Assembly (NCBI RefSeq): GCF_964204645.1
Contig: NC_134028.1
Coordinates: forward strand, 16,313,653 to 16,377,652
Direction: 5' to 3'
DNA length: 64,000 nucleotides
From: Tubulanus polymorphus
Lineage: Eukaryota > Animalia > Nemertea
In this document: positions 1-11,917 of the stretch, piece by piece
Position numbering within the stretch: the first letter of the stretch is position 1
Layout: every line of letters begins with the position of its first letter
Program-made: the position numbers and the translations under genes
Notes under the pieces: generated by a model
Databases searched by the model: none
What the model was told of the DNA's origin: nothing
The model's input: only the letters and a program-made list of their open reading frames with translations

Positions 1-600
1 CGTCAAAGCGCACGTTCAGTCGTCACTTCTTTGACATAAACCCATCGTTAGGGTCAGTTTATCAGTTGCATATTTTTGCAGACGCGAGTAGCGTTTCTTA
101 TGGTTGTTGTGCGTATTTAGTTGTCAATGGTCTGTCTTCATTATGTTTAGCGAAATCTCGCGTGTTTCCGTTAAAACCATTGACAATTCCGAAGCTCGAG
201 TTACTTGCTGCTGTTATTGCGTCTAGACAGTCAGATAGACCTAAGCTGGATCGCCAGTGAGAAAACATTACTCCATAGATTTGTGCAGTGAGTTGACCGG
301 GGATTGCAGTTGGAATCATTGAAAAATCGTCAAAAAATCCTGCTGACAACGTGTCCAAGAGGTTCCGATTATCTTACGTTGCGTGTTAATGATCTGTGGT
401 GGCACGGTCCTCCATGGTTGCGTGATGGTAGTTGCCCATCAGTCCTCTCTCCGTCGCCTGTACCGAGTTCTGAAATTGCGGTTATGTGCGTAAATGTTGC
501 GAACATGCATTGCGTTCATGATATGTTAGATATTGACAGATTTTTATCATTGCCTACTTTATTACGAATTACTGCGACAATTCGTCGTTGTGTCGATATA
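1..600 (+). pseudogene. Bel/Pao LTR retrotransposon pol, RNase H region (frameshifted); left part, split by a LINE
   Basis: Motifs LHIFADAS..YG.CAYL, LAKSRV.PLK.LTIPKLELLAA and LWWHGPPWL are typical of Pao-family RNase H. The frame rejoins across the LINE as ...RRCVDI|WLKRKRRSQ at ~5064. Confidence 0.9.
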
Positions 601-707
601 TACAAATACAAATAATCTTTATTGAGCCTTAGCAATACAAAATCCTCATCGGTTAGATAACAATAAAGTGGACATTACAGAAATAAAATTTGCAATATAA
701 GATTTTG

Positions 708-950
<243 letters not shown>

Positions 951-1089
951 CATACATTCACACAAACACAAAAGTACACATACACAGATACACACATATA
1001 TACGATATAACATGCGTTTAATCATCACATGTATATAGCTTTCAGAGGGTTGTAAGGGTCCAAGATTTGGTTACATCACATTATTGACT

Positions 1090-1092
<3 letters not shown>

Positions 1093-1139
<47 letters not shown>

Positions 1140-1174
1140 CATTATTATTATCATTATCATTATTATTATTATTA
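1093..1174. repeat. (ATT)n microsatellite at the end of LINE ORF2
   Basis: Direct reading; encodes poly-Asn on the minus strand. Confidence 0.95.
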
Positions 1175-4100
1175 TCAGTGGCTACCCGGGCCCTAAAACA
1201 CTCACTGACATATTGAATAGAGGGCAACAGGATGTCGATTTCTTCCGAGCTAACCAACAGGAGGCTTTTACATATGTCGTTGAGGTCCTTAAAATTAGTG
1301 AAAGATTCTAGGTGTTCGCAGTGTTTAGATCTTAGGCTAGAATACCTGCGACACCTAGACAGAAAATGAATCTCATCTTCGACTACTCCAGGACACCACG
1401 GGCAGTATCTTTTGTCTGCAACTTTCCTTTTATATCTGCCTCTCTCTATTTCTAAGTTATGGTTAGAGATACGCAGTTTAGCAAAGGACGATATTTGTGC
1501 TCTATCAATATTTAGGCGAGCATAGGTTTCCATACGAAAGTTTTTTTTTTTTTATTTTGCAGTAGAATCTCAGCTTATTACTATTTTCGTTATTTAAAGC
1601 AAGTCCATTAATATATCTAAAGAAAAAGGAATCATACTTGGAACATAGCTTGGCTTTGATAGCTTTAGTCGTGGCTGGAATAGACACAGTACCTCTGTTA
1701 TGCCAGATATGCTCGAAACCTATACATTTTAAAATACCATGTATACGGTAAGAAATCTGGTTCATTAAGCAGACACGACTGAACGAGGCGTGTAGATTTA
1801 TCTGGTGAAACTTTGTTTAGTGATAGCCAGTATTTGGTAGCGTGGATAATTGCACGAATGGCTAGAGGGTATCGTCCTAGTTCGCCTTTTGAGCCTATGT
1901 TCGAAGCATGTTTACCGACCCCTAGTACAACTTTACAGAATTTAGTATGAATTTTTTCGGGAAAAAACTTATCACAGAGAGCCTCAATCCGGTCATGGTT
2001 CTGCATGCGGGCATCGTTCTTTATGTTAATATGAAACAATGACCATACCTCTGATGCGTATAGTAAAATAGGTTTCACACAGGCATCGAAGAGGTTGAGC
2101 ATAAGTGGGATGTTATTACAGGAGAATTTGAATATTTTCCTTAACAGGAAGACTACCTTAAGGGCCTTTTGGCATAGCCTATTAATTCCAAGGCTGAAAG
2201 ACCCAGAACAGGATAAATGGAGTCCCAGGTACTTATAGCTTTGAACAATATTCAAAGGAGCCGGACCAAAGTACAAGTTGAACTTCTTCAAAAGTTTGCC
2301 ACCTTTGTTAAAAATAATTACCTCCGTTTTAGAGATATTAACCTCCATTCTCCATTTTTTACAATATTCTTCCAAGTTATCCAGACAAGCTTGTAGCCCT
2401 GTTTCTGATTCAGATATTAGAATTAGGTGATCAGCGTACATTAACACATTGAGCTTTTTGGTCCCAATTTTGACAGGGTGACAATTCTCAGAGTTTAGAA
2501 AACTGGGAATATCATAAATAAATTGGTTTAAAAAAATGGGCTCAAAACGCATCCTTGTTTTAAGCCTATTTCCGAGGATATAAAATCGGTGAGGCCCGAG
2601 GATGTGCTGACCGAGTAGTATACATTTTTATAGATATCTTTAACGATTTGAACTAAGGGGTCATTGTGGCCCAGACAGTCAAGTTTGTAAAAGAGGGCTT
2701 GTCTCCATACTTTATCATAAGCTTTCGAGAAGTCTACAAAGCATACAAAGAGGTAGCGACCTTTTTTGACCATTTTGCCATTTATAGATTTTAAAACTAA
2801 GATATGGTCTGATGTCCTACATTTTTTTCTAAAACCGATCTGGTTTTCTGGAATCAGGTTGAACTTCTCACAAGCCTTTTACAGCCGGTTGCTTATGAAC
2901 CTGACGAAGAGCTTACTTAGACAACTTGAGACTGCTATCCCACGGTAATTATTAGGGTCTTTAGGGCTACCCGCCTTAAATACAGGTTTTTATGGCACAG
3001 TTTCTATAAACATTAGGGTAGGTACCATTACAAACAATCAAATTAAATAGTTTTACTAAGCAGTCTAACGCTATGTCGTTAACGCCTTTTAGAATTTCGT
3101 TTCGTATGCCATCGAAACCGGCGCTAGTACCATTTTTTAAAGTTTTAATGGCTTTTTTACCTCCTCAGACGTAAACTCACTATTGTCCAGGCACGTGAAG
3201 TTTGTCTTTCCGGGCAGAATGTCAAGATCCGGGTAAGAAGAGGAAAATAACTTCTTGAAGTGAGCATACCATTCGTACGGGGACACATTATTGGCTTTAT
3301 CGTTAGAAATGGAATTCCCATTCTTGAATTTATTATTTATATCCCAAAACGCTTCGGGGTTTTTACCCTCTAGTTTACTAAGGCTATCAAAAATTGAGTT
3401 TCTATACTCTCTATTTGCCTTTTTAAGTGATTTCTTATAGTCTTTTTTAAGTAGATAGTATTGGGCGATTATACTTTTATTTTGAGGTTCCTTAGAGATG
3501 CGACTAGCCAGTTTAGTCAAGGTTCTTTTCATTACCTTACATCTAACATTGAACCAAGGTTTATGCTTCGTGCTATGTTCATCTGTGAACTTGATCCGCT
3601 TCCGATCCACTCGAGGGGTCTTAAACTTTGAGAGGACATCCACTATTTCCTTGGTCATATTTTCAACCCCTTCCTTATCCATGCTATTGTTTTGGGCCAG
3701 AATGGAAGATAATTTTTGTCTGTTAGATGGAGAATTCAGATAATTTTGGAAGGCATCAAAATCTTCAGGGGCCCATTTGGGGAACACTGTCTTTTGTCTA
3801 AGGTTAATAGAGGGATTGTTGGTAGGCTGCCCGCAGTTAGGAACATATAGGTTCAAATCAGTTACTATTTGACAATGATCAGAGAAAGTAGTGAATTCTT
3901 TCACCCTAAAATGATTGATACGCTCAAGCATGTTGACGCCGGAGAGACAATAGTCACTAATTGAAGAGCATCCGTAGGAACATCTTTAGTACTATTTCTT
4001 TTTAGTAAGACCAAGTTACATACAAATGTGATGGTGGGAGGGGGATCTTGAATTTCAAATTCTCCTCATCATCAGCGATTATATAGTCGAGATCATTACA

Positions 4101-4869
4101 ATTAATGTTTGCGTTTAGGTCTCCTAATATCAGAATATCACCTTCTTGGGAATATTTGCAAGTATCAATTTCGATTTTTTCCAGGGTATTTAAATTATCC
4201 TTGTTCTTCATAGAAAAGGAAGAGTGTTGAGGGGAATTATACACGAAGCACACATATGAGTCTACCTTTGACTTAAAAAAGGTTTTTCTTAACTTAATCC
4301 ATAAATATTCAGTATCGTGACAAGGGAGTACTTCAATACCAGCTTTAATGTGAGGTTTACAGAATAACAATTATCCTCCATAAATACCTTTACTTTCACG
4401 CTTCCTTCTAACACTATTTAAAATATGGTACCTTCAAGAGATAAAACATCCCTTTCACCCGCTTTGGTATCTTGTAAGCAGATTATGTCCTCCTTAAAAT
4501 TCGAAGAAAAGTGAGGATCATTCAACTTACGCCTACGAACATTATCTTCGTCAATGTAAAACAACCCGTGAACATTCCAACTACTCACTGAAAGCTTATA
4601 TCTATTATTACGAGACATAGTAAGATTAAAAACCAGTAATAAGACTACTTCAAGAGTAACTGAATAACAAAAGTAACAGGGTAATTAAACTTATAACCAG
4701 TAACAATTTTTAGCAGTATTGACACTACGGTCACAAATGAGAAAGAATAAACTTCTAAAGGCTTTAAGTTCTAGAGAACACGAACCCGTAAAGCAATGCT
4801 TCAATCAGCAGTCTAAGAGACATTATGTTCATAATTCTATATACAATGCGGTAATTAAAAAGAGGTATA

Positions 4870-5061
4870 AGAGATACAAAACCAAATACTTAATGCTAGC
4901 ATTTGATGGGCTATATCTGAACATACATTAATAAAAAATAGATACATTTCCGAATATTTTATGGTAGCATTTGAAAGACTATGTCAGAACATACATAAAA
5001 AAGGAGATACATAAACAAGTACTTAATACTAGCATTCGATAGGCTATATCCGAACATACAT
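4870..5061. repeat. About three imperfect ~60-70-bp tandem repeats at the LINE 5' region
   Basis: The motif tagcatt.ga...g.ctat.tc.gaacataca recurs at ~4896, ~4966 and ~5030. Confidence 0.6.
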
Positions 5062-6511
5062 TATGGTTAAAGCGAAAGCGTCATATGGTTAAAGCGAAAG
5101 CGTCGCAGTCAGCTTACGTACATGCTTTGGGCTACGTGCGAGTGAATTAAGTATGTTCTTAGATGATGGTATTATCAAGTCCAATGGTCGTATCCATAAT
5201 TCAAACTTAGATGATTATACGAAATTTCCACCGGTTTTGCCACCCGGGCATACATTTACCGAGTTATGGATGCGCATGTTTCCGTTCATCATGAAGGTTT
5301 GCCTGTTACTATGACGAGGGTCCGACAAAGGTATTGGGTACCTCGTTTGCGTCAGTTTGCGAAGAACATATTATTGGATTGTTATGTCTGTCTAAAAGGA
5401 CAGGGACCTCCGTACTTGTATCCTCCTCCACCCCTATACCGAAAGAAAGGGTTAAGGACGCTCCACCGTTTGCGGTTACAGGGATTGATTATGCTGGTCC
5501 GTTTGAGTTCCTAGCTGTTATAAATCCGGTATCATTGGCGAAGTCGTATATTATTCTGTTCACATGCGCAGTAACCAGGTGTATTCATCTTGAGTTGGTT
5601 ACTAATTTGTCATAACTGACGTTTATGTTAAGTTTCCGTCGTTTCTGCAGTCGCAGATCCTGTCCGTCGTGTTGTATTTCGAAAAATGCGTCAACATTTC
5701 AATCCGCTGAAAAGCAACTGAAGGAGTTGTTTAATTCGCCCGAGTTGGAGCGAAATTTAGCTGATAGAGGGTGTGAATGGAAATCCATTCCGCGTCGTTT
5801 ACCATGGTTTAGCGGTTTTTACGAGAGACTCATCGGACTTACAAAATGTGCATTAAAAAAAACTTTCAATCGTTCCAAGTTGGGACTTACTGAACTGCAA
5901 ATAGTCGTTACCGAAATAGAATGTACGTTAAATAATCGTCCGTTAACTGCGTTAACTGGAGTTGCAGATCCAGTGCCGATTACACCGTCGCAGTTTTTCA
6001 TGGGTCGAAATACCAGTGGATTACCGTATCAAAATGTGGATCACCAGGAATAAACGATCCAGATTACATTAAACAGAGCGATGTTGTGATCCGTGCGAAA
6101 AAACGTGCTTGCTTGTATACCGATTTTCAAAAGCGTTGGCGTGAAAATATTTTACCGCTCTAAGGGAGAGGTATGGCGTGCCGCGAAGCGCTTCCATGGG
6201 ATAATGCCCCTGTATGATCGGCGATGTTGTTTTGGTCCACTCGGACAGAGATCGTTTTCAGTGGAAACTTTCGGTGATAACGAGCCTCATTAAGGGTCCG
6301 GATGGTTTATATCCCGGGAATTAAGACCCGTTACGGGTTTTCGAACAGACCCACCAATCGTCTTTATCCGTTGGAGATATCGTGTTGCGATGCCGGGGAA
6401 CTTTTAGAATCACCCGAAGAAATGGAACATTCGGTTCCCGTTAGACCAGCTCTTCGGACAGCCGCTGTGAAGGCTCGTCAGTTAATGAAGGAACAGTCAA
6501 AGTTCTTGTGA
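5062..6511 (+). pseudogene. Bel/Pao pol integrase region (HHCC zinc finger, core domain, C-terminal domain), frameshifted
   Basis: Motifs H..VHHEG...RQRYWVP...C..C, PFAVTGIDYAGP, LFTCAVTRCIHLELV, FYERLIG, LNNRPLT, PITPSQF and RPTNRLYPLE. Confidence 0.92.
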
Positions 6512-6574
6512 TCAGTGATGTGTAAAAGACACTTTTATTTTCAGTAGAAACGTAGCATTGATGTGGCCGGAGTA

Positions 6575-6780
6575 TGTCGGGGATTAAACATTTTTAATTT
6601 AATTCCTCCGTTTCCCTTTACACTTGGATGGCGTGATACTCCGGTCCGAATGTTTGCGCAGGCGCACTGAGGACAGTGCAACGCGAGTTAGTCGAGAAAC
6701 TTGTTGTAATGGCGTCCAAATTAAAATGTGTCGGATTCATGTGAACCGCTTTTGTTCGCGTTAATTTCTTGTGTCTACCA
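6575..6780 (+). repeat. Probable 3' LTR (or part of it) of the Pao element
   Basis: TGT start immediately after a PPT-like GGCCGGAGTA downstream of pol. The right boundary is uncertain because no second LTR is in the window. Confidence 0.5.
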
Positions 6781-7339
6781 CACTATATTTCTATAGAAAT
6801 GATGATATCAACCTATTAAGCTTATCCACCTTATTTCACTAGCTGATCCACATTTAATGTTATGATGTCATGATGGAAGTCAAAACCGCGTCAACAGAAA
6901 TTTTGTAGAATCAAGATTTTGAAGGGTTTCGTCTTCGTAAGCCCAATCCTACCGAACAAAGCGTAAGACCTTGGCGATTTTAAGTTCTTCCGACGCAAAA
7001 GACATTAAATTTTCACATGTGCAATTTTGGACTGTTAAAGATGCTGCATAAAAAACGTGCTCAAATAAATCGAATTTTTGAAACTTTTTGGTAAATTTTC
7101 CAAAAAAATAATATAATAAACCCACGACTTTCAACTTTGCGCACAATGAAGAAAAACCAATTACGAAATATATTTTGCTTAATCTGTTCAATTCGCCCAT
7201 TAGTAGTGAAATTACAGACTAATGAAATTGGGTTTGAGTGTGCTAAAAATTGTATTAAGCATACGAATGATTATCCATCGGCCAGACCGTTGACATAGGC
7301 TTGCTGATGCGAGCCAAAAATATTTCAGGCATTTTTATA

Positions 7340-7870
7340 ATATCTTATTATAAAACGGCACTTTTAATAAAATTCTTCAGAATATTTCTTTAATTTTTCA
7401 ATTAGTCCTTAATCTTAGTTACTTAAGTACCACTGATATTTTGTACAGTTAATATATCTATATACCCCAGCCGTCCCATCCCCATTAAAAAAGCCTATAA
7501 CAAAATACTCTTTTCTTCTAATGAGACAGGTTCTATGTCATAAATATTGTTAATTATTTCATCAAATTATTATATTTCACTTTATTTCATCACCATTGTT
7601 TTTGATTAAACTATGGTCTTCTGTTACATCAAAAACTCCTAATTTAGTTCTAACTCTATATAGTATTCTAATTTTTTAATGCTCATTATATTATTCAATT
7701 TTCTTCCATCCATTTCTTGTCCAAACATCCATTGATCCATTGATCCGTATAAATCAATTTTCACGATGAGAAATACGAAGTTCATTTTGTCTAGGAATTT
7801 CTTCTAAAATTCTTCTTATTAATATTTCATTATTGTATTTTAACAATATTTAAGTATCAGCTGTTACAGA
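7340..7870 (-). pseudogene. Decayed intein (Hint N-terminal blocks A and B plus first LAGLIDADG motif) inserted in motif C of a Maverick pPolB
   Basis: Hand translation gives VEILYFD|SVTADT*ILLK, DVWTRNGWKKI, LYRVRTKLGVFDVTEDHSLIKNNGDEIK and VIGFFNGDGTAGVYRYINCTKYQWYLSN*D*GLIEKLKKYSEE. Confidence 0.85.
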
Positions 7871-8232
7871 ATCAAAATACAAAATTTCAACGTTTTTCTC
7901 TTAAGTATGGTTGTGGAACATCATGATAAAAATCATTCATAAACAATTTGCGAAATTTCTAAAACAGTTTTACCAATGAATATAGGGTTTATTAAATTTC
8001 ATTGCATTTCTCTTTATTTTACTGCTGTTAAATAACCTTCAAATCTTTTATTTCCTAAATGTCTAGGACTTGATTGTAAATGACGTCATCTTTCAGAAGT
8101 TTTTACTAATTCAATATCACTTCTATTTCTAATATATTCACCTGTTTTTCCATAAAAAACAAATATTCATTAATTTAAAGAAATCTTTCTCAAATCAGTT
8201 TTTGAAGTATTTCTCTATTGAGTATTAAAATC
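7871..8232 (-). pseudogene. Older Maverick pPolB remnant (motif B to motif C), downstream of the nested insertion
   Basis: Collinear with 22500-22860: DFNT..R, KDFFKLMN..YGKT.E.IRNR.DIELV, KFNKP..IG..VLE.S, EILYFD. Confidence 0.88.
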
Positions 8233-8588
8233 AGTAATAGGGGTAATAGGCTTTCAAGCCAAAGGTCGAACGGTCGAGCTCGTAAAAATGAAAAACATGA
8301 AAATAATTACAATTTCTACTTGAATTACTTGCGAAACTCATAAAAATGAAAAATAAATTCTCACACACTCGAATTTATTTTTCATTTTTATGAGTTCACT
8401 CCTAATTCAAGTAGAAATTGTAATTATTTTCATGTTTTTCATTTTTTACTCACCCGCCCGTTCAACCTTTAACCTGAAAGCCTATTACCCCTATTACTCT
8501 TAAAATAATCATATACATGAATAACATTTAAATTGACAGATTATTCAATATAAAAGTGTAAGCCCTCATAGAATAGATATATAAATAG
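8233..8588. repeat. Left TIR; 8233-8498 is itself an imperfect palindrome
   Basis: Reverse complement of ~26085-26439. It starts AGTAATAGGGGTAATAGGCTTTCA and has TGAAAGCCTATTACCCCTATTACT ending at 8498, with the hairpin centre at ~8360-8371. Confidence 0.95.
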
Positions 8589-9200
8589 TTATTTTATAAA
8601 TTTATTTTCATATGGAAATTGAAGCGTCAGTAATAATTTTGAACCTTTATTATTCTTTAATTTATTCATATATTCATCATGTAATTCAGTAGGTATAATT
8701 TGATTTTCTTCCAATGATTGTTGCATAGATTTTCTATCTTTATTGAAGAATAAAACTAGAAATCTTATATTCTCCCTAAAGTCTTTAACAATTGAATTAT
8801 ATTTTTGATTTAAAACCCATGTTGTTATCCCAAAATGTCTCCCAGAAAAAGCTAGATAACATAACTCACTTTCTCTCACTTTTGAATCATGTAAATTTGC
8901 GCAATCATCTACAATGAATAATGTATTTGATCCTTTATAAGTATCAATTGCTATTTTTATACAATTATCTAAATTTTCTTTTACTGTTTTAGGATCTAAT
9001 ATAATAAACTTTTTTATCTTAACTATATCTCTATTATATGTTTTATTCATTTCATAAGTTGGACAGAATAATATTATATTATCAAAATGATTCTTATAAA
9101 TAGTTTCTAACAAATCTAATATGAAATGTGTTTTACCACAGTTTGTTACACCAGTAACTAACATATTATGTGGTTCAAATATAAATAAATCTTTATTCAT
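8589..9200 (-). CDS. DNA-packaging ATPase (A32/FtsK-like)
   Basis: Walker A GVTNCGKT, Walker B LFIVDD and the GRH...Q motif of A32-like ATPases; ORF is intact. Confidence 0.92.
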   Translation of the reverse strand: MNKDLFIFEPHNMLVTGVTNCGKTHFILDLLETIYKNHFDNIILFCPTYEMNKTYNRDIVKIKKFIILDPKTVKENLDNCIKIAIDTYKGSNTLFIVDDCANLHDSKVRESELCYLAFSGRHFGITTWVLNQKYNSIVKDFRENIRFLVLFFNKDRKSMQQSLEENQIIPTELHDEYMNKLKNNKGSKLLLTLQFPYENKFIK

Positions 9201-10306
9201 TTATTTTTTTAATTTTACTAGATAAAATCCATTCATTAAATTTATCATCATATCCTTTATATTTCACCAAAGAATACTTTTTTCCTTTAAGAGTTTTTGT
9301 CTTCAATACTTTTCAATATTTTGTATTCTATTTCATCTGGATTTGGTACAAGTGATAATTCTTGTTCATAGAAATAACCTAATATTTCTTCATCTTTTAA
9401 ATCTTCTAATTTATAAACAAATGGTTTAGTTAATATTATCTTTTTAATCTTGAATATTTCTTCTGTAAAATTAAGGGTATAACCTTTATAAAAGGTTTTT
9501 CTATATTTAGATATTCTAACGTGTTGTCCTATTTTAAATTTAGGTTCGCCGAAATCATGTGTAACAAACGCTCCATATAAATTATTCCAAACTATTTCTG
9601 AATTATCTTCTTTTCTAGCTTGTATAGGTTTCATATTTATAGAACTATGTTTAGAATTATTATAACCTTTCACTAAATCATCTAACACATCGATATATTT
9701 ATATGTTTCATTAGCAGTAAAGTATTTCCACATTCTAGTTTTCAATGTTTTATTAAATCTTTCTATAATAGATGCTTTTTTATCTGAGTGTGTTGAAAAA
9801 TAATCTACATCGTTATCAGATAATAGTTTTTTAAAATGTTTGTTATAAAATTCCTTACCTTCATCAAATTGTATCTTATCTGGAATAGCTTCTTTAAATA
9901 TAGATTTAAAAGCATTTGTAACTTCTATTCCAGTTTTATTTTTGATTGCAATTGACCATGCGTATCTACTGAATATGTCTATAACATTTAATATCCAGAA
10001 ATATCCTTTATTATGTTCTTCTAAGTTCTTCATGTCAATTAAATCTGCTTGCCATTGTTGATCGATATATGAAACCATAACTTTTCTTGTTAAATAAGTT
10101 TTATCCATTTTCTTGTGGATTTGATATGTTGGTTGATTTTGTAACCATGATTTTAACTCACTATATTTTATATCACCATGTGGGTGCCATACAGCACCAT
10201 TTTCATTATCAGATTTAATTTTATTCCATAATTCTGAAACGTTAGAATATGATACTTCACTTTCTGGGTTGTAATATAAATCTCTTAAATAATGTTCTTT
10301 TTTCAT
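9201..10306 (-). pseudogene. Retroviral-like (rve) integrase with C-terminal chromodomain separated by a frameshift near 9310
   Basis: Core motifs WQADLIDM, IDIFSRYAW, QFDEGKEF and ERFNKTLK. An alternate frame at 9201-9310 reads KGKKYSLVKYKGYDDKFNEWI (chromodomain). Confidence 0.92.
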
Positions 10307-10312
10307 CTTATT

Positions 10313-10711
10313 TTAATCCATTAATAATAATTTAGATTTAGTTTCAATGGTTTTACGATTTGACTTATTTTCTGGTATGATAGGTTTATTGTCTGAAAAC
10401 GGATAACTAAGTTTCCGATTATCATTGGAATCATCTTTATCATCAGATTTGAATTTTGATTTATATATTACACCGGATAATATAATAATTGTGATTAACC
10501 CAATTGTAATATATAAGTAATTATTACTTCCAGCATTAGAAGAATTAGATGGATTATTATTTGAATCAATATCAGATAAAGTCTGTGATTCATTTATATC
10601 AGTTAATTTCTTTTTCTTTGCTTTTTTTAATTCTGGAGATCTTTTTCCTAATTCTCTTGCCCATTTAATTTGTTTCTCGGATCTAGCCTTTTTCTTAACG
10701 CCATCACTCAT
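10313..10711 (-). CDS. Hypothetical single-pass membrane protein with basic N-terminus
   Basis: Hydrophobic segment YLYITIGLITIIILSGVIY; TAAATG start. Confidence 0.7.
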   Translation of the reverse strand: MSDGVKKKARSEKQIKWARELGKRSPELKKAKKKKLTDINESQTLSDIDSNNNPSNSSNAGSNNYLYITIGLITIIILSGVIYKSKFKSDDKDDSNDNRKLSYPFSDNKPIIPENKSNRKTIETKSKLLLMD

Positions 10712-11306
10712 TTATTTTAGTTAATTTTTGTTTTGATTCATTTTCTGTTTCGCCGTTTGGTTGTAGTACATCTGTTTCGTTCTTACCTGATTTATATTCC
10801 ATAGGTTTGATTTTCGAAAATGTTATGACGCCAGTAGAAATTAATGTCATAACCGATCCTAATTGAAATGAAGCATATCCAACCCATTTTTGTAATTCAG
10901 TCATAACTAAGTAATCATTTTTTAAATCACTATATAATTTATTTTCATCATTAATTGTCATTAACCGGTTACATAATTTTGAATAACATTTTATAATACT
11001 ATCTGAAATAGAATCATTTATTCGAGCCAATCTAGCTTCTTCATAAATCTTAAAATATTTTATTACTTTATCGGGTTTCATAGAGTCTAGTTCTTGAAAA
11101 GTAATGGTCTTAGTTAAAAATTGTTTAGATTTCCAGCCAGCAATTAGTAACTCAAGATGGTGTTTACAATATAAATAGTATTCATAATCAATATTGTTAT
11201 CAACTTGAATAGAATTAGAAACAACTGGATCCTTATTATCACTAATACCCAAATCATCTAATGTTTTTTCAATATCAATACAATTCTAACTCGATTTCTT
11301 TGACAT
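10704..11306 (-). pseudogene. Hypothetical Maverick protein with hydrophobic C-terminal segment; in-frame TAG at codon 7
   Basis: The ATG at 11306 has TAAATG context and is in frame with the 182-aa ORF (MSKKSS*NCIDIEKTLDDLGIS...). Confidence 0.65.
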
Positions 11307-11917
11307 TTATATTAGAGAAATTTAATAAGAAAAATATTATAAGTATTATAAAACTAGATAGTTAAAGTTAAAGAATTCTAGTATTGACTACTGATACTAG
11401 CTATTTGAATTTAAAGAATTTCTATTTGAATCTATTCAAAATATAAAGTATTCTCTTTTTGAAAACAAAGTATTAAAAATATAATAGAATTCACTAGCTA
11501 GTTGAAGTTATTGTTTTTTTATTATATTTTATTTAAATTAGGATTTAGATTATCTCACTACTATTGTTTATCTATAGGAGCAGTAATTATAACTGTCCAG
11601 ATAAGTCATTTCGGATTCTCGATTATAAATCCTAAAACTGAAAATAAATTCAAAGAAACGACTGGTGGAAATACTATTTCATAAACACATATATTTCATT
11701 CTACAATCATTATCGATTTCCACATTCCAAGCCGCTCCTCTCAGGCCCGGTAAGGTATGCGTGGAATGCAGGAATCAATAAAGTACAATACAACATCTGT
11801 CACTGCGATATTAACAATAGCTGAATATAGAATAATGGAAAATGCATTTAGGGTAACCAAATACAAATACAAAAAATCTATATAGTATGAAAAATTGTTA
11901 ACTAAACAAAGAAATCA

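Noticed and set aside
6781-7208. CACTA...TAGTG-bounded segment as a CACTA/Chapaev element
   Set aside because: Only 5 bp of inverted match, no TSD and no transposase.
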